Shown here piece by piece: positions 7,809 through 16,730 of a stretch of 41,819 nucleotides of DNA; the stretch's first letter is position 1; each line of letters opens with the position of its first letter. The notes under the pieces were generated by a model. The model searched no databases. It had not been told where the DNA came from and was given only the letters and a program-made list of their open reading frames with translations. A program made the position numbers and the translations under genes. This DNA is from a virus (taxonomy: Duplodnaviria; Heunggongvirae; Uroviricota; Caudoviricetes), in the IMG/VR virus record IMGVR_UViG_2721755721_000002, one strand, 5' to 3'.

Positions 7809-8087
7809 ATGGCGCACGATACCAAATTACACAATTCTAATGATTCTGCTGTCTTTGCCAGCAGGTGCGGACGGCGTTTTCACGCATTCACATCAGACTG
7901 GTTCCAGCATCCTCCATGCACTGAAGAGCAGGCTGAATGGATAATTCAGTGTTACCGCAGGCGTGGATACGAGGTTAAGAAAGCTCTTAGTCTCGACTAT
8001 CGTCACTGGATAATCTCAGTCAGACTCCCTTACTCCGAACGCCCACCGCGTCCGTCCCGCACATTCCAGCAACGCATCTGGAGGTAA
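7809..8087 (+). CDS. Hypothetical protein (92 aa from ATG 7809)
   Basis: The track ORF 7680.. would run through the hok terminator hairpin, so the internal ATG is preferred; no family recognised. Confidence 0.35.
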   Translation: MAHDTKLHNSNDSAVFASRCGRRFHAFTSDWFQHPPCTEEQAEWIIQCYRRRGYEVKKALSLDYRHWIISVRLPYSERPPRPSRTFQQRIWR

Positions 8088-8088
8088 C

Positions 8089-9144
8089 GTGCGGGTATTA
8101 CTTCGACCTGTTCTGGTACCGGAACTCGGGCTGGTGATCGTTAAGCCGGGCCGTGAATCCATGCCGGTATTCCACAATACCCGGGTACTGGTGGAGCCGG
8201 AACCGAAAAGCATGCGTAATCTGCCGTCCGGGGTCGTTCCTGCCGTTCGCCAGCCGCTGGTGGAAGACAAAACATTGCTGCCGTTTTTCAGTAACGCACG
8301 GGTGATTCGTGCTGCTGGTGGTGCTGGTGCATTGTCTGACTGGCTGTTGCGCCATATTAAATCCTGCCAGTGGCCACACGGCGATTATCATCACAGCGAA
8401 ACCGTCATTCACCGTTATGGTACCGGCGCAATGGTGTTGTGCTGGCACTGCGACAACCAGTTGCGTGACCAGACCTCCGAATCACTCGGGCAACTTGCTC
8501 ATCAAAACCTGTCAGCATGGATGATTGACGTCATCGGTCACGCAATAAGCGGTACGCAGGAGCGTGAATTATCTCTGGCTGAATTATCCTGGTGGGCGGT
8601 CCGCAATCAGGTGGCGGACGCGCTACCGGAAGCGGTATTACGTCGTTCGCTGGGGTTGCGTGCGGAAAAAATCCGCTCAATGTACCGTGAAAGCGACATC
8701 GTGCCGGGAGAGCAGACCGCCACCAGCATACTGAAGCAGCGCACAAAAAATCTTGCGCCGATGCCTCACGCCCACCAGCAAAACCCGCCACAGGAAAAGA
8801 CGGTGGTAAGCATTGCCGTTGATCCGGAGTCACCGGCTCAGTATCTCCAGCGCCAGAAACCACAACGGGAAGAGATGCCCGTATACACGCGCTGGGTAAA
8901 AACGCAGAAATGCATGACGTGTGACAATCAGGCAGATGATCCGCATCACATCATTGGTCATGGACTAGGAGGGATGGGAACGAAGGCTGACGATTTGTTT
9001 GTTATTCCGCTGTGCCGTAAATGTCATAACGAACTGCACGCCGGGGTAAAAGATTTTGAAGAAAAACACGGCAGCCAGCTGTTGTTGCTGATTCGTTTTT
9101 TAATGCACGCGAGAAATTCGGGCGTCCTGAAGTGGAAAGCATAA
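8089..9144 (+). CDS. DUF968 / YdfU-like protein with C-terminal HNH-like zinc motif
   Basis: 351-aa ORF before rusA and Q, as ydfU is in Qin; C-terminal CMTCDNQADDPHHIIGH...CRKCHNELH resembles an HNH/zinc-finger signature. Confidence 0.5.
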   Translation: MRVLLRPVLVPELGLVIVKPGRESMPVFHNTRVLVEPEPKSMRNLPSGVVPAVRQPLVEDKTLLPFFSNARVIRAAGGAGALSDWLLRHIKSCQWPHGDYHHSETVIHRYGTGAMVLCWHCDNQLRDQTSESLGQLAHQNLSAWMIDVIGHAISGTQERELSLAELSWWAVRNQVADALPEAVLRRSLGLRAEKIRSMYRESDIVPGEQTATSILKQRTKNLAPMPHAHQQNPPQEKTVVSIAVDPESPAQYLQRQKPQREEMPVYTRWVKTQKCMTCDNQADDPHHIIGHGLGGMGTKADDLFVIPLCRKCHNELHAGVKDFEEKHGSQLLLLIRFLMHARNSGVLKWKA

Positions 9145-9510
9145 ATGACTGAACGCATAGAATTTGTTTTGCCTTACCCGCCAACGGTGAATACTTACTG
9201 GCGACGTCGTGGCAGCACATATTTTGTATCAAAAGTCGGTGAGCGTTATCGCCGTGATGTGGCACTAATTGTTCGCCAGCAGCGGTTGAAATTAAACCTG
9301 TCCGGAAGGCTGGCAATAAAAATTATTGCAGAGCCACCGGATAAGCGCCGTCGTGACCTGGACAATATCCTGAAGGCACCACTGGATGCACTGACGCATG
9401 CGGGGCTGCTCATAGACGACGAGCAGTTTGATGAAATCAATATTGTGCGCGGTCAGCTTGTTCCTGGTGGGCGGTTGGGGATAAAAATCACAGAACTGGG
9501 GTGCGCATGA
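9145..9510 (+). CDS. rusA: RusA-like Holliday junction resolvase
   Basis: 120 aa; VLPYPPTVNTYW...RRRDLDNILKAPLDALTHAGLLIDD parallels E. coli RusA from memory. Confidence 0.85.
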   Translation: MTERIEFVLPYPPTVNTYWRRRGSTYFVSKVGERYRRDVALIVRQQRLKLNLSGRLAIKIIAEPPDKRRRDLDNILKAPLDALTHAGLLIDDEQFDEINIVRGQLVPGGRLGIKITELGCA

Positions 9511-10196
9511 ATAACCAGTATTTACAGTTTGTGCGTGAGCAGCTCATTATCGCCACCGCTGATTTGAGTGGGGCAACAAAAGGTCAGCTTGAAGCCTGGC
9601 AGGAGAATGCCATGTTCGATACAGGGCGTTACAGGCGTAAAAAAATCCGGTACCGCGATGAAGTGACTGGAAAAATGATAACGCGGGATAATCCCCCAAT
9701 CCCGGGAAAGCAATCGCTGGCGAAGGGGACGTCAATTCCTCTGGTCAGTCCGATTGAGTTTTCGACATCATCGTGGCGGCGGGCTGTTCTGTCTCTTGAA
9801 GAACATCATAAAGCCTGGTTGTTGTGGTGTTACAGCGGGAGTATTTGTTGGGAATATCAGATCGCGATAACACAGTGGGCGTGGAATGAATTTAATACTC
9901 AATCCGGTACCAGAAAAATTGCAGGGAAAACGCAGGAACGCCTGAAAAAATTAATCTGGCTGGCGGCGCAGGCAGTAAAAGCAGAACTTTTTGGTGGGGA
10001 AGGTTATGAATACAAGGAGCTGGCATTACTGGTGGGAGTGACAACTAAAAACTGGTCCAAAACATTTACTCGTCACTGGGTTGCAATGAAACACATTTTT
10101 CACCGACTGGATAGTGAGGCTTTATTGTTTGTAATGAGAACGCGTTCAAAACAAAAGGCGGCATTTTCAAAGCAAAGTGTTGCAAAAGTAGATTGA
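9507..10196 (+). CDS. Late-gene antiterminator Q-like protein
   Basis: 229-aa ORF overlapping the rusA stop (ATGA), directly upstream of a strong terminator and the tRNA/late region; family assignment is by position. Confidence 0.55.
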   Translation: MNNQYLQFVREQLIIATADLSGATKGQLEAWQENAMFDTGRYRRKKIRYRDEVTGKMITRDNPPIPGKQSLAKGTSIPLVSPIEFSTSSWRRAVLSLEEHHKAWLLWCYSGSICWEYQIAITQWAWNEFNTQSGTRKIAGKTQERLKKLIWLAAQAVKAELFGGEGYEYKELALLVGVTTKNWSKTFTRHWVAMKHIFHRLDSEALLFVMRTRSKQKAAFSKQSVAKVD

Positions 10197-10261
10197 AAGG
10201 CATATATTTCATGCAAATCTGATATTTTGCCGATTTTGTACGTGATGGCAAAAGCAAACAA

Positions 10262-10288
10262 AACCCGCCCACAAGCGGGTTTTTTTGT
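10262..10288 (+). terminator. tR'-like rho-independent terminator after Q
   Basis: ACCCGC-CCACAA-GCGGGT hairpin followed by TTTTTTT. Confidence 0.65.
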
Positions 10289-10406
10289 GCCACTTATCTC
10301 GGATAGACATGGTGAATGCGCTGGTGGAGGAAGCAAGGGTAATTTTTAACCAGGTGATTCTTGAATGCTTGCAACATTGATTTCGTAACGTTATTATCCT
10401 GCGCCC

Positions 10407-10482
10407 GGCCCTTTAGCTCAGTGGTGAGAGCGAGCGACTCATAATCGCCAGGCCGCTGGTTCAAATCCAGCAAGGGCCACCA
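10407..10482 (+). tRNA. tRNA with CAU anticodon (Ile2-lysidine or Met type), encoded CCA
   Basis: Cloverleaf by hand: acceptor GGCCCTT/AAGGGCC, D-stem GCTC/GAGC, anticodon loop CTCATAA, T-arm GCTGG-TTCAAAT-CCAGC. Confidence 0.8.
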
Positions 10483-10489
10483 TCACATA

Positions 10490-10566
10490 CCGCCATTAGC
10501 TCATCGGGATAGAACGCCAGCCTTCGAAGCTGGTTTCGCGGGGTTCGAGTCTCCGATGGCGGTCCA
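10490..10566 (+). tRNA. tRNA-Arg (anticodon UCG), encoded CCA
   Basis: Acceptor CCGCCAT/ATGGCGG, anticodon arm CCAGC-CTTCGAA-GCTGG, T-arm CGGGG-TTCGAGT-CTCCG. Confidence 0.7.
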
Positions 10567-10579
10567 TTATCGGTATTCT

Positions 10580-10656
10580 GCGTTTTTAGCTCAGCCGGAC
10601 AGAGCAATTGCCTTCTAAGCAATCGGTCACTGGTTCGAACCCAGTACAACGCACCA
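10580..10656 (+). tRNA. tRNA-Arg (anticodon UCU), encoded CCA
   Basis: Anticodon arm ATTGC-CTTCTAA-GCAAT, T-arm ACTGG-TTCGAAC-CCAGT, D-stem GCTC/GAGC; one acceptor-stem mismatch. Confidence 0.7.
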
Positions 10657-10826
10657 CACTTATTTTCCCTCGCTCGCTTTTGCGGACCTTTTTTGTATCC
10701 GCACCACGCCCGGCGCATACCAACCACAGAGCCTTTCGGGGGGAGCTTATGGAGTGGTCAGTGTGACTTTCTCTGTGGGCAGATCGCTCCCGGGCGTTGG
10801 CTCACCCACCCAAAGGAACGTCACGA

Positions 10827-11258
10827 TGTTTGGTATTTTTGGTAAAAAAAGCCCGCAGAGCGGCAACGGAAATTAGAAAGTTTGAAAAACGCGATCTGGC
10901 ACAGGTGGTGATTAACGCCGCATACCTGGTGGCCTGTGCAGATGGTGAATGTGAGGCTTCCTAGAAAGCGAAGATCGAACAGGTACTGCGTAATCAGCCT
11001 GCGCTGTACGCGTTTACGTCAGAAATTAATGCGATTAGCGCAACCATTATCGGTCAGCTGGATACGAACTTTAAAACTGGTCGTCGTGCGGCGTTACGTG
11101 AGATCGAGGATGTGAAACACGATACGCGTGAAGCGGAAGATGTGCTGGATGTGGCGGTGGCCATTGCGGAGGCAGACGGCGAAATTGAGCCGGAAGAGCG
11201 CAAGGTGCTGGAAGAGATTGCCGGTGTTCTGGGTCTTCGTCTGGAGAATTACCTGTGA
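10827..11258 (+). pseudogene. TerB-like (tellurite-resistance family) gene remnant, disrupted by a frameshift and an in-frame TAG
   Basis: Frame 2 gives ...LAQVVINAAYLVACADGECEAS*KAKIEQVLRNQ...AIAEADGEIEPEERKVLEEIAGVLGL; the ATG frame stops after 16 codons near an A7 run; TAG at 10961-10963. Confidence 0.5.
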
Positions 11259-11422
11259 CGGTAAAACTGCGCCTGACTGTGGCTGCACTCCTGCTGTTTC
11301 TGGTGGTGATGGTGGATTTCACCAGCAGAATCATGTCGGTGCTGGCGGATGGGGTGCTGGTCTGCGGCATTATGGTATTGCTGTGGCCGGTGATAAAAAG
11401 AAACAGCCTGCATAATGCTTGA
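11255..11422 (+). CDS. Hypothetical small membrane protein (55 aa, GTG start overlapping the TerB-like stop)
   Basis: VTVKLRLTVAALLLFLVVMV...GVLVCGIMVLLWPVIKRN; hydrophobic; GTGA overlap suggests coupling. Confidence 0.3.
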   Translation: MTVKLRLTVAALLLFLVVMVDFTSRIMSVLADGVLVCGIMVLLWPVIKRNSLHNA

Positions 11423-11623
11423 TTTTTTTGTTTGCTGTTTATTAAAAACACTTCTGCATGGTGAATCCCCCTGTGCGGTGGGGCAATCAGCAAGAAGGAA
11501 TATGGGGTAATCGCGGATTCAGGTGCTGATACTGAATTCACCGGGAGGCACCCGGCACCATGCTTTGCCACAAAAGTGTTATTTCTGTTTTTCTCAAACT
11601 ATCATCGTTATCCCTTTATTTTC

Positions 11624-11650
11624 GGCTGCGCATGGCGCGGCCTTTTTTTT
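11624..11650 (+). terminator. Rho-independent terminator upstream of the esterase gene
   Basis: GGCTGCGC-ATG-GCGCGGCC hairpin followed by T8. Confidence 0.5.
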
Positions 11651-11736
11651 ACGACCAGCCACTGGCAGATGGTCATCCTGTGATTTGATTCCGCTTCCGG
11701 CTTTTTAACTCTGTTCCTCTACACGGGAGAAATTCG

Positions 11737-13587
11737 ATGTCGATTAAACATTATGATGTTGTCAGGGCGGCGTCGCCGTCAGACCTTGCGGAAAAGCTGA
11801 CACACAAACTGAAAGAGGGCTGGCAGCCATACGGCGGACCGGTTGCCATTACGCCGTACACACTGATGCAGGCGGTGGCTATTGAAGGAGAGCCACAGGT
11901 CGGCCCTTCATCTGAGCCGGATTGGTACTACGTCATCGTACTGGCCGGGCAGTCCAATGCCATGGCTTACGGTGAAGGGCTTCCGCTGCCGGATTCATAC
12001 GATGCTCCGGATCCGCGCATTAAACAGCTGGCGCGCCGCAGTACAGTGACGCCGGGCGGGGCTGCCTGCAGATATAACGATATTATTCCGGCTGACCACT
12101 GTCTGCATGATGTGCAGGATATGAGTACGCTGAATCATCCGAGGGCTGACCTGAGCAAAGGGCAGTACGGCTGTGTCGGCCAGGGTTTACATATTGCCAA
12201 AAAACTGCTCCCGTATATCCCGAATAACGCGGGGATCCTGCTGGTACCATGCTGTCGTGGTGGTTCGGCATTTACCCAGGGCGCGGAGGGGACATTCAGC
12301 GAGTCCACGGGGGCCAGTCAGGATTCGGCACGCTGGGGGGTGGGCAAGCCGTTATATCAGGATCTGATTTCCCGCACAAAAGCGGCATTGCAGAAAAATC
12401 CCAAAAACGTTCTGCTGGCCGTCTGCTGGATGCAGGGTGAGTTTGACATGAGCGCCGCCACCCACGCACAGCAACCTGCGCTGTTTACAGCCATGCTGAC
12501 ACAGTTTCGTGCTGACCTCTCCGTGTTTAACGCGCAGTGCCATGGTGGCAGCGCTGCAGATGTGCCGTGGATTTGTGGTGACACGACGTATTACTGGAAA
12601 AATACATACGCTACCCAATACGACACCGTGTACGGCGGGTATAAAAACAGGGAGAGTGAGGGCGTTTATTTTGTGCCCTTCATGACAGACGGTAACGGCG
12701 TCAATACCGCCACTAACGCGCCGGCAGAAGATCCGGATATTCCGGCATCAGGATATTACGGTGCGGCATCGAGAACGAATGGAAACCAGGTATCATCAAA
12801 CCGCCCGACACATTTCAGTTCATGGGCGCGCAGGAGCATTATTCCGGATCGTCTGGCAACCGCTATTCTGAACGCAGCCGGGCGCACCTCAGCCTTCATC
12901 AGTGGTAAGGCACCGGAAATCAAACCCTCGCCCGGCGGCAACACACCATCGGGTCCGTCTGCAGATACGTCCGTTCGCACAATCTCCCTGCTGCCGACAG
13001 CCGGAGAGGCTGCTGCGCAGGGCTGGACCATTAAGGACGGCGGAATTCAGTTGTCGGGTGGTGTATTTAAGATCGCCAAGCAGAGCAATAAAACCTGGTC
13101 CCTGACGCATCCGGTGGATGACGCAATTACCCTGCTGACACAGGGCGGCAGACTGACCTGTAAGTTCCGCCTGTCAGGCGCACTGACCAACAATCAGTTC
13201 GGGCTGGGGATTTATCTGTATACGGATGCTCCCGTTCCTGATGGTGTGGCGATGACGGGTACCGGTAATCCGTTCCTGATGTCGTACTTCACTCAGACCA
13301 CTGACGGCAGAGTGAATCTGATGCATCACAGGAAAGCCGGAAACACGAAGCTGGGGGAGTTCGGCGATTACGGTAACGACTGGCAGACGCTGGAGCTGGT
13401 GTTCACCGCCGGCAGTGCCACGGTTACTCCGAAACTGAATGGAGTGGCTGGCCCGGCATTCCAGGTTATAAAAGACAGTCTGACACTGGGACTGAATGCG
13501 CTGACGCTGACGGATGTTACAAAAAATGCAGCGTATGGCGTTGAGATAGAAAGTCTGGTGCTGGAGATAAATGCACCGGCAGCATAA
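11737..13587 (+). CDS. nanS-p: NanS-p-like prophage sialate O-acetylesterase (DUF1737 N-terminus + SGNH/SASA esterase + C-terminal binding domain)
   Basis: 616 aa; N-terminal MSIKHYDVVRAASPSDLAEKL...; esterase motif VLAGQSNAMAYGEG; located between Q/tRNAs and the holin as in Stx-type phages. Confidence 0.8.
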   Translation: MSIKHYDVVRAASPSDLAEKLTHKLKEGWQPYGGPVAITPYTLMQAVAIEGEPQVGPSSEPDWYYVIVLAGQSNAMAYGEGLPLPDSYDAPDPRIKQLARRSTVTPGGAACRYNDIIPADHCLHDVQDMSTLNHPRADLSKGQYGCVGQGLHIAKKLLPYIPNNAGILLVPCCRGGSAFTQGAEGTFSESTGASQDSARWGVGKPLYQDLISRTKAALQKNPKNVLLAVCWMQGEFDMSAATHAQQPALFTAMLTQFRADLSVFNAQCHGGSAADVPWICGDTTYYWKNTYATQYDTVYGGYKNRESEGVYFVPFMTDGNGVNTATNAPAEDPDIPASGYYGAASRTNGNQVSSNRPTHFSSWARRSIIPDRLATAILNAAGRTSAFISGKAPEIKPSPGGNTPSGPSADTSVRTISLLPTAGEAAAQGWTIKDGGIQLSGGVFKIAKQSNKTWSLTHPVDDAITLLTQGGRLTCKFRLSGALTNNQFGLGIYLYTDAPVPDGVAMTGTGNPFLMSYFTQTTDGRVNLMHHRKAGNTKLGEFGDYGNDWQTLELVFTAGSATVTPKLNGVAGPAFQVIKDSLTLGLNALTLTDVTKNAAYGVEIESLVLEINAPAA

Positions 13588-13953
13588 TAAAAAAAGAGCC
13601 AGCGACTGACCTGAAAGAAGACGCTGGCTAAAAGGCCTTATATGTTTGTAGAGACTTATTTTTCACAGACAGCAATGATGCCTGTCAATATATTATCAAT
13701 ATGCGGATTGTTTCAGTTACAGATGCTTTATTAAGGAAAAAAACAGCCAGCACTGACTTTCGGTGGAGAGGTGCTGGCTCAGAAGGATAGTTGGATTTCA
13801 CATGATACTTATGCCTGGCGGTATATTTTCTGACAGACAGTGACGGGTGTTGTCAAGATATTGTGTCATTTATAACCTGAATCAGGGGAGGCCGGAATGT
13901 TATCTGGCATTTTTAGCAGAGCCTGAATGCCATAATCACGGCTCCCGGAGTTG

Positions 13954-13983
13954 GCCGTCAGTGGGTGACACTGGCGGTTTTTT
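13954..13983 (+). terminator. Rho-independent terminator immediately upstream of holin S
   Basis: CCGTCAGTG-GGTGA-CACTGGCGG hairpin (one mismatch) followed by T7. Confidence 0.5.
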
Positions 13984-14034
13984 TGTTTTTCTTTACTTTC
14001 ATTTTCTGTCGGCGGTGACGGAGACATACATCAG

Positions 14035-14241
14035 ATGGAAAAAATCACAACGGGTGTGTCATACACCACGTCAGCGGTGGGGACGGGATACTGGTTACTG
14101 CAGCTGCTGGACAAAGTCTCTCCGTCCCAGTGGGTGGCAATCGGTGTGCTGGGGAGTCTGCTGTTTGGCCTGCTGACGTATCTGACTAACCTTTATTTCA
14201 AGATTAAAGAAGATAAGCGTAAGGTGGCGCGGGGAGAGTAG
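14035..14241 (+). CDS. S: Holin, phage 21 S21-like pinholin
   Basis: [68 protein letters not shown] closely parallels S21 from memory. Confidence 0.85.
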   Translation: MEKITTGVSYTTSAVGTGYWLLQLLDKVSPSQWVAIGVLGSLLFGLLTYLTNLYFKIKEDKRKVARGE

Positions 14242-14496
14242 TCGATGAATAAACAATACGAACTGGTTGTAAAATGAATATTTCTAACTGAAAAAACGTT
14301 CCATGAGGTAAGAAAAGGTCACAGGCAATCAATAACAGGACGTGATGAAAGACCCTTGCATTTGTGCGCTTTCTCTTTAGATAGCAGCAGATACTGAAAA
14401 TCTGAGTTGTCGGGGAGTCAGGGATACAGCTGTGCAAGAGTTGGTCATTGTGATTCCATTGAAATCCTGTATGCCATGAAGGGCAGGATTTTATGG

Positions 14497-14811
14497 CTAC
14501 CTGAGCTTTGGTGATAGTAAGTTGAAAATTCGCATTTTTTGCTGACATGCGTAACGAGAATCCCATAAGCAGGGAGGACTTAATTCTTCATTAACCCATG
14601 CGTTGATATTATGTTTCAGCCGTTGAAGCATCAGCGGTGTTAATGTTGTGGTAATAATATCCAGCGTTTTATGTGAGATCTTACCGTAAGGGTCTGCAAG
14701 AATGCTGCTTGTTGCTTCGTTATTATCTGCCATCAGAAGAAGTAACTCTGATTTAACGTTTTCTGTCATTAGTTGTAAAAATCTTCTGCGCAAACTTTCT
14801 TTACTGTTCAT
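14497..14811 (-). CDS. Hypothetical protein (104 aa) on the opposite strand between holin and endolysin; possibly YdfR/DUF1327-like by size and position
   Basis: Only plausible ORF in the 690-bp S-R gap; lower GC; no motif recognised. Confidence 0.35.
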   Translation of the reverse strand: MNSKESLRRRFLQLMTENVKSELLLLMADNNEATSSILADPYGKISHKTLDIITTTLTPLMLQRLKHNINAWVNEELSPPCLWDSRYACQQKMRIFNLLSPKLR

Positions 14812-14928
14812 TTATATGGCTTCATTTGTTGTAATCTGCTGCGTCTCAAGGGATATGTTTATGAGAGCGACCATGAGTGTTGGATTATATACCTAACATA
14901 TCAAGGGATTAGAAATCGATAAATCCCC

Positions 14929-15462
14929 ATGAACGAAAAAATAAAATACGGCCTGTCGGCTGCCGTTCTGGCGCTGATTGGTGCAGGTGCTTCTGCGCCT
15001 GAAATCCTCGACCAGTTTCTGGATGAAAAGGAAGGTAACCACACCACGGCATACCGTGATGGTGCGGGGATCTGGACCATCTGCCGTGGTGCCATTCTGG
15101 TGGATGGTAAGCCTGTTATTCCTGGCATGAAGCTGTCAAAGGAAAAATGCGACCGGGTTAATGCCATCGAACGTGACAAGGCTCTGGCATGGGTGGAGAA
15201 AAACATCCGGGTGCCGCTGACCGAACCCCAGAAAGCGGGGATCGCGTCATTCTGTCCGTACAACATTGGCCCCGGTAAGTGCTTCCCGTCGACGTTTTAT
15301 AAACGAATTAATGCAGGCGATCGAAAAGGTGCCTGTGAGGCGATTCGCTGGTGGATTAAGGACGGTGGCAGAGACTGCCGTATCCGTTCAAATAATTGCT
15401 ACGGTCAGGTCTCACGGCGTGACCAGGAGAGCGCGCTGGCGTGCTGGGACATCGACAGATAG
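14929..15462 (+). CDS. R: SAR endolysin (T4-type lysozyme with N-terminal signal-anchor-release domain)
   Basis: N-terminal Gly/Ala-rich hydrophobic YGLSAAVLALIGAGASA; catalytic E...D...T spacing in EGNHTTAYRDGAGIWTICRG; pairs with a pinholin. Confidence 0.85.
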   Translation: MNEKIKYGLSAAVLALIGAGASAPEILDQFLDEKEGNHTTAYRDGAGIWTICRGAILVDGKPVIPGMKLSKEKCDRVNAIERDKALAWVEKNIRVPLTEPQKAGIASFCPYNIGPGKCFPSTFYKRINAGDRKGACEAIRWWIKDGGRDCRIRSNNCYGQVSRRDQESALACWDIDR

Positions 15463-15682
15463 CAGAATATTTTCCTGAAAAATGACGTTGGCCAACGCGG
15501 GTGGATAACACGAAATCCTGAAAACTGGTAAAACCTAAGTGAATAAAAGTAAAAACCCCGTTTGTTGGCAGCAAGCGGGGTTTTGTGTTTTCTGACCTTG
15601 AGTAAGGCAAGGGAGAAATTATGGGTAGGGAGGTACTTTCCCTGTGAGGAAGTATAAAAGATTCTTTCTGAGGTTGTCCATT

Positions 15683-15796
15683 ATGAAAGGCATTGAAGTG
15701 GAGACGCCAGCCAGTCTGGATTTAACAAGAGCGGCAGCTTTTGCCATTCGTATTGTGGCCATTGCTGTTCTGGTCTGGGCAATCCGTTGGTGGTGA
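15683..15796 (+). CDS. Possible small membrane protein (37 aa) between endolysin and Rz
   Basis: MKGIEVETPASLDLTRAAAFAIRIVAIAVLVWAIRWW; GAGG about 11 nt upstream; stop 1 nt before the Rz ATG. Below track cutoff; speculative. Confidence 0.25.
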   Translation: MKGIEVETPASLDLTRAAAFAIRIVAIAVLVWAIRWW

Positions 15797-15797
15797 T

Positions 15798-16265
15798 ATG
15801 AACCGTGTTCTGTGCGTGGTTATCATTGTCCTGCTGGTGGCCTGTGGTGCGCTTAGTCTGGGGCTGAATCATTACCGTGATCACGCCATCATCTACAAAG
15901 AGCAGCGCGATAAAAAAGCCAGTGAGCTGGAGCTGGCGAACGCGACAATTACTGATATGCAGATACGCCAGCGTGATGTCGCTGCACTTGATGCCAGATA
16001 CTCGAGGGAATTAGCCGATGCGAGAGCTGAAAATGAAACTCTGCGTGCTGATGTTGCCGCTGGTCGTAAGCGCCTGCGGATCAACGCCACCTGCTCCGGT
16101 ACCGTGCGTGAAGCCACCGGCACCTCCGGCGTGGATAATGCAACCGGCCCCCGACTGGCAGACACCGCTGAACGGGATTATTTCATCCTCAGAGAACGGC
16201 TGATGGCAATGCAGAAGCAACTGGAAGGAGCACAGGAATATATCCGTACCCAGTGTATACCGTGA
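15798..16265 (+). CDS. Rz: Rz i-spanin
   Basis: MNRVLCVVIIVLLVACGALSLGLNHYRDHAIIYKEQRDK... parallels lambda Rz; internal Met of track ORF 15741... Confidence 0.8.
   Translation: MNRVLCVVIIVLLVACGALSLGLNHYRDHAIIYKEQRDKKASELELANATITDMQIRQRDVAALDARYSRELADARAENETLRADVAAGRKRLRINATCSGTVREATGTSGVDNATGPRLADTAERDYFILRERLMAMQKQLEGAQEYIRTQCIP
16033..16203 (+). CDS. Rz1: Rz1 o-spanin lipoprotein embedded in Rz in another frame
   Basis: MKLCVLMLPLVVSACGSTPPAPVPCVKPPAPPAW...; lipobox VSAC; proline-rich. Confidence 0.7.
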   Translation: MKLCVLMLPLVVSACGSTPPAPVPCVKPPAPPAWIMQPAPDWQTPLNGIISSSENG

Positions 16266-16730
16266 TGTTTTGTTATGAAGGTGTTACTGGTAACGTTAAG
16301 GTAATTTAACAAAGAGTCAGTTCCGGACTTTATAGTGTGCTCAGTTCATGGCCAAAAACGATTTCTGTGATAAATATTTTGAATATTATTTACAGGTAAA
16401 TGGAGTGGGGCACATGGATAGAAATATTACAATAGAGAATGAAGTATATGCCCGTATTGTATGGGCAGAGAAGGCAAAAACACGGTAATTCCGTGTGTTG
16501 CCATGATACCTGATTGGCAGAATAGTTGTTTGGTTTTGAGTATATAGTCAGCGTTTTTTGTTCAGTAATTGCTCCCTCAAAAAATAATAAAATAAGGTGA
16601 TTATTTTTGTTTATTATTTAGTTTTTTTTGTGTGTTGTTTTATTGTTTTTGCGTGGTTTGTTTTTTATTGTTATTTCATTAAGGGAAGGTAAATTCAGGA
16701 TGGCAGTCTGTAGATAATCGGAGGTCACTT

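Noticed and set aside
10461-10727. 88-aa minus-strand ORF across the tRNA cluster
   Set aside because: Overlaps three hand-folded tRNAs on the other strand; Arg/Pro-rich antisense translation.
11071-11571. 166-aa minus-strand ORF and 95-aa plus-strand ORF overlapping the TerB-like remnant
   Set aside because: Overlapping frames in a decayed region; no RBS or motif; the TerB-like frame gives the only recognisable translation.
10660-11740. Search for stxA/stxB between the tRNAs and the esterase gene
   Set aside because: No ORF with A-subunit or B-subunit features; the region holds a TerB-like pseudogene and a small hydrophobic ORF.
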